This document shows positions 4,641 through 5,950 of a stretch of 5,950 nt of DNA, piece by piece (the stretch's first letter is position 1; the number at the start of each line of letters is the position of its first letter). A program made the translations under genes and the position numbers. Source of the stretch: a virus; IMG/VR virus record IMGVR_UViG_3300020029_000036, positions 1-5,950 of that record, one strand, 5' to 3'. Under the pieces are notes generated by a model that searched no databases, was not told the origin of the DNA, and saw nothing but the letters and a program-made list of their open reading frames with translations.

Positions 4641-5900
4641 CTAATTTCGCCTAAACATACTGCGACGAGTATGTGTGGCGCCAATCTGATCACCGTCAGG
4701 ACCGTAAAACTCTTTCATTTCATCATAACCTTCCGGGCCGGCGGGGCCTGCCGCCTTACGGCCAACATAGGAGGCGCCGGCGATACCTGCAGCAGTAGCG
4801 AAAGATCGAAGAATGTCATAACCAAGGCGGTTTTTCGAATTCCGCAAATCCCAACGAACATTGCCAGTTTCAAGTTGAGCAGTTTCAGCAGCAGAAGCCT
4901 TTAGAATAGCCAAAGTTTCGGCCACTTTCATTACCCTCGTCTCAACAACTTCGCCTTTATCATTGCGAATCTGTACGGGAACTTCCTTTTCCCAGTTCAG
5001 CTCGTACCACTTCTGCAAATCCTTGAGTTGCTGAGCGTTAAGTTCAATACGAGACTCTGATTCAGCGGCTGCCGAAAGGTGAGCAAGAGCAGAACTCCAG
5101 GCGACAGCAAGTGACGCGCCGGCTTCGGGTTCGAACCAATCATTGGTTTTGCGAAGGTTTAGATACTTCTCTTCTAGAATACCGGCCATAGCCATAATGG
5201 AAGACAACTTATAACCTTGCGTAATGTTGGCTAGATAAGCGTCGATCGCCACAATTTGCGCCTGCGCCTCGCGAAGATTGGCAAGCTCACGAGCGTCCTT
5301 AACATTGTGCTCGGCAATCTGCAACTCAAGTCGATCCATTTGCTCTCGCCAGTCTTGAGTGTGAGTATTACCTCGAAGATTATCAGCTTCTGCCTCATCT
5401 CGATCAGCGGCGGCAGTATTACGATCAACCGTAGATTGTGCAACCATATTTTGCGCGATAGCAGAAGGGTCGCCCGGAGCGAAGCCACCGGGAGCGATCG
5501 GGGAGCCGCCCGAAGGTCCAGAAGCAGCGGGCGTAGACGCGGAACCACCTGACATAGTAGCGTTTACACCAACACCAGAAGAACCTAAAACAGCAGCAGG
5601 AGTTACGCCAGCCTTCAAATAACGATCGAAAACCTTTGTAGGGTCATTGTAGGCATTCTCATAATCGAACTGTTTTTGCCAGTTAGAATAGGAAAGTTCA
5701 GATTGTTTTTGCATCTGCTCTAAAGCGTACCTCTGCTGAAGAGCCATTTGTTTTTGCTGAAATTTCCATTGCCGGCGGGCGTTCATACCTCCGAAAAGCT
5801 GACCGAGGGCGCCGGAGATCAAACCCGTAGCACCGGAAGAAGCAGCCGACTGACCAAGAGCCTGACCAAAAGAGGCGGGAGCGACAACAGGAGCAGGCAT
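4641..5900 (-). CDS. VP2: Minor capsid / DNA pilot protein (VP2 / H-like), 419 aa.
   Basis: Gly/Ala/Ser-rich N-terminus and a Q-rich segment. YENAYNDPTKVFDRYLKAGVTPAAVLG resembles the conserved VP2 block (N.AY......lk.AG.NP). Long central region rich in charged residues, Ala and Leu that looks predicted-helical or coiled-coil. Size and position relative to VP1 and VP4 fit. Confidence 0.85.
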   Translation of the reverse strand: MPAPVVAPASFGQALGQSAASSGATGLISGALGQLFGGMNARRQWKFQQKQMALQQRYALEQMQKQSELSYSNWQKQFDYENAYNDPTKVFDRYLKAGVTPAAVLGSSGVGVNATMSGGSASTPAASGPSGGSPIAPGGFAPGDPSAIAQNMVAQSTVDRNTAAADRDEAEADNLRGNTHTQDWREQMDRLELQIAEHNVKDARELANLREAQAQIVAIDAYLANITQGYKLSSIMAMAGILEEKYLNLRKTNDWFEPEAGASLAVAWSSALAHLSAAAESESRIELNAQQLKDLQKWYELNWEKEVPVQIRNDKGEVVETRVMKVAETLAILKASAAETAQLETGNVRWDLRNSKNRLGYDILRSFATAAGIAGASYVGRKAAGPAGPEGYDEMKEFYGPDGDQIGATHTRRSMFRRN

Positions 5901-5950
5901 ACTAAATGTTCGTTAAATTGTTAGAACGAATAATATAATCAACACGAACA
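5830..5950. repeat. Terminal redundancy, right copy (identical to 1..121).
   Basis: Exact 121-nt identity with the window start. Confidence 0.97.

Noticed and set aside
820-5548. Same-strand embedded ORFs, several strikingly hydrophobic: 820..1128, 1390..1620, 1735..1941 and 2242..2445 inside VP1; 2614..2973 (119 aa, two TM-like stretches) and 3073..3312 inside VP4; 5231..5548 inside VP2. I considered them as phiX174 E-like overprinted lysis genes.
   Set aside because: Every one is in the +1 frame of its host gene. In that frame the host's third codon position becomes the second position, so a T-rich wobble position automatically yields NTN (Leu/Ile/Phe/Val) codons. That would make the hydrophobicity a systematic compositional artefact rather than evidence of a gene. 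I cannot exclude that one is real, since this is how gene E arose. Testing it needs conservation analysis, meaning suppressed synonymous variation in the host frame.
641-5552. Plus-strand ORFs from the track (641..1018, 1106..1393, 1847..2029, 2252..2512, 2513..2956, 3610..3870, 4548..4904, 5256..5552).
   Set aside because: All are antisense to motif-supported genes or run through the structured intergenic element. Their translations are low-complexity and Arg/Ile/Asn-rich with no recognisable motif. Microviridae transcribe one strand only.
1-5950. I considered a prophage or integrated-element interpretation, with the terminal direct repeats as att sites, and looked for CRISPR arrays, IS elements or an integrase.
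   Set aside because: The repeat interrupts the VP2 coding sequence and is exactly what circular-contig overlap produces. There is no integrase or recombinase ORF, no host flanking genes, no spacer-repeat periodicity and no transposase.

Overview
The window is one complete circular Microviridae (ssDNA phage) genome, linearised with a 121-nt exact terminal overlap: 1..121 is identical to 5830..5950, so the unit length is 5829 nt. All credible genes lie on the minus strand, so the window is the complement of the coding strand, which in Microviridae is also the virion strand. Three hallmark genes are recognisable from motifs in the translations. These are the major capsid protein VP1/F-like (707..2497), the HUH rolling-circle replication initiator VP4/A-like (2501..3571; HFH motif and YCVKY tyrosine pair verified at the DNA level), and the Gly/Ala-rich coiled-coil pilot protein VP2/H-like (4641..5900). 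Five small ORFs of unknown function fill the rest: 100 aa and 98 aa between VP1 and VP2, and 105, 107 and 66 aa between VP2 and VP4. Genes are tightly packed, with gaps of 1-22 nt and one TAATG stop/start overlap. There are only two real non-coding regions. One (3772..3908) is GC-rich and folds into a nested multi-hairpin element; on the virion strand one hairpin carries an exact GCGAAGC mini-hairpin sequence. The other (4562..4640) carries a TTTG-N19-TAnnTTTG match to the Bacteroidetes promoter consensus. No start codon has a Shine-Dalgarno motif, which also points to a Bacteroidetes-type host. I found no integrase, att site, tRNA, CRISPR array or IS element. The items most worth follow-up are the structured intergenic element (candidate complementary-strand origin, terminator or switch), a small membrane ORF with a lipobox (candidate lysis or superinfection-exclusion gene) and the uncharacterised three-ORF block between VP2 and VP4. 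All homology statements come from motif recognition by eye, not from database searches.
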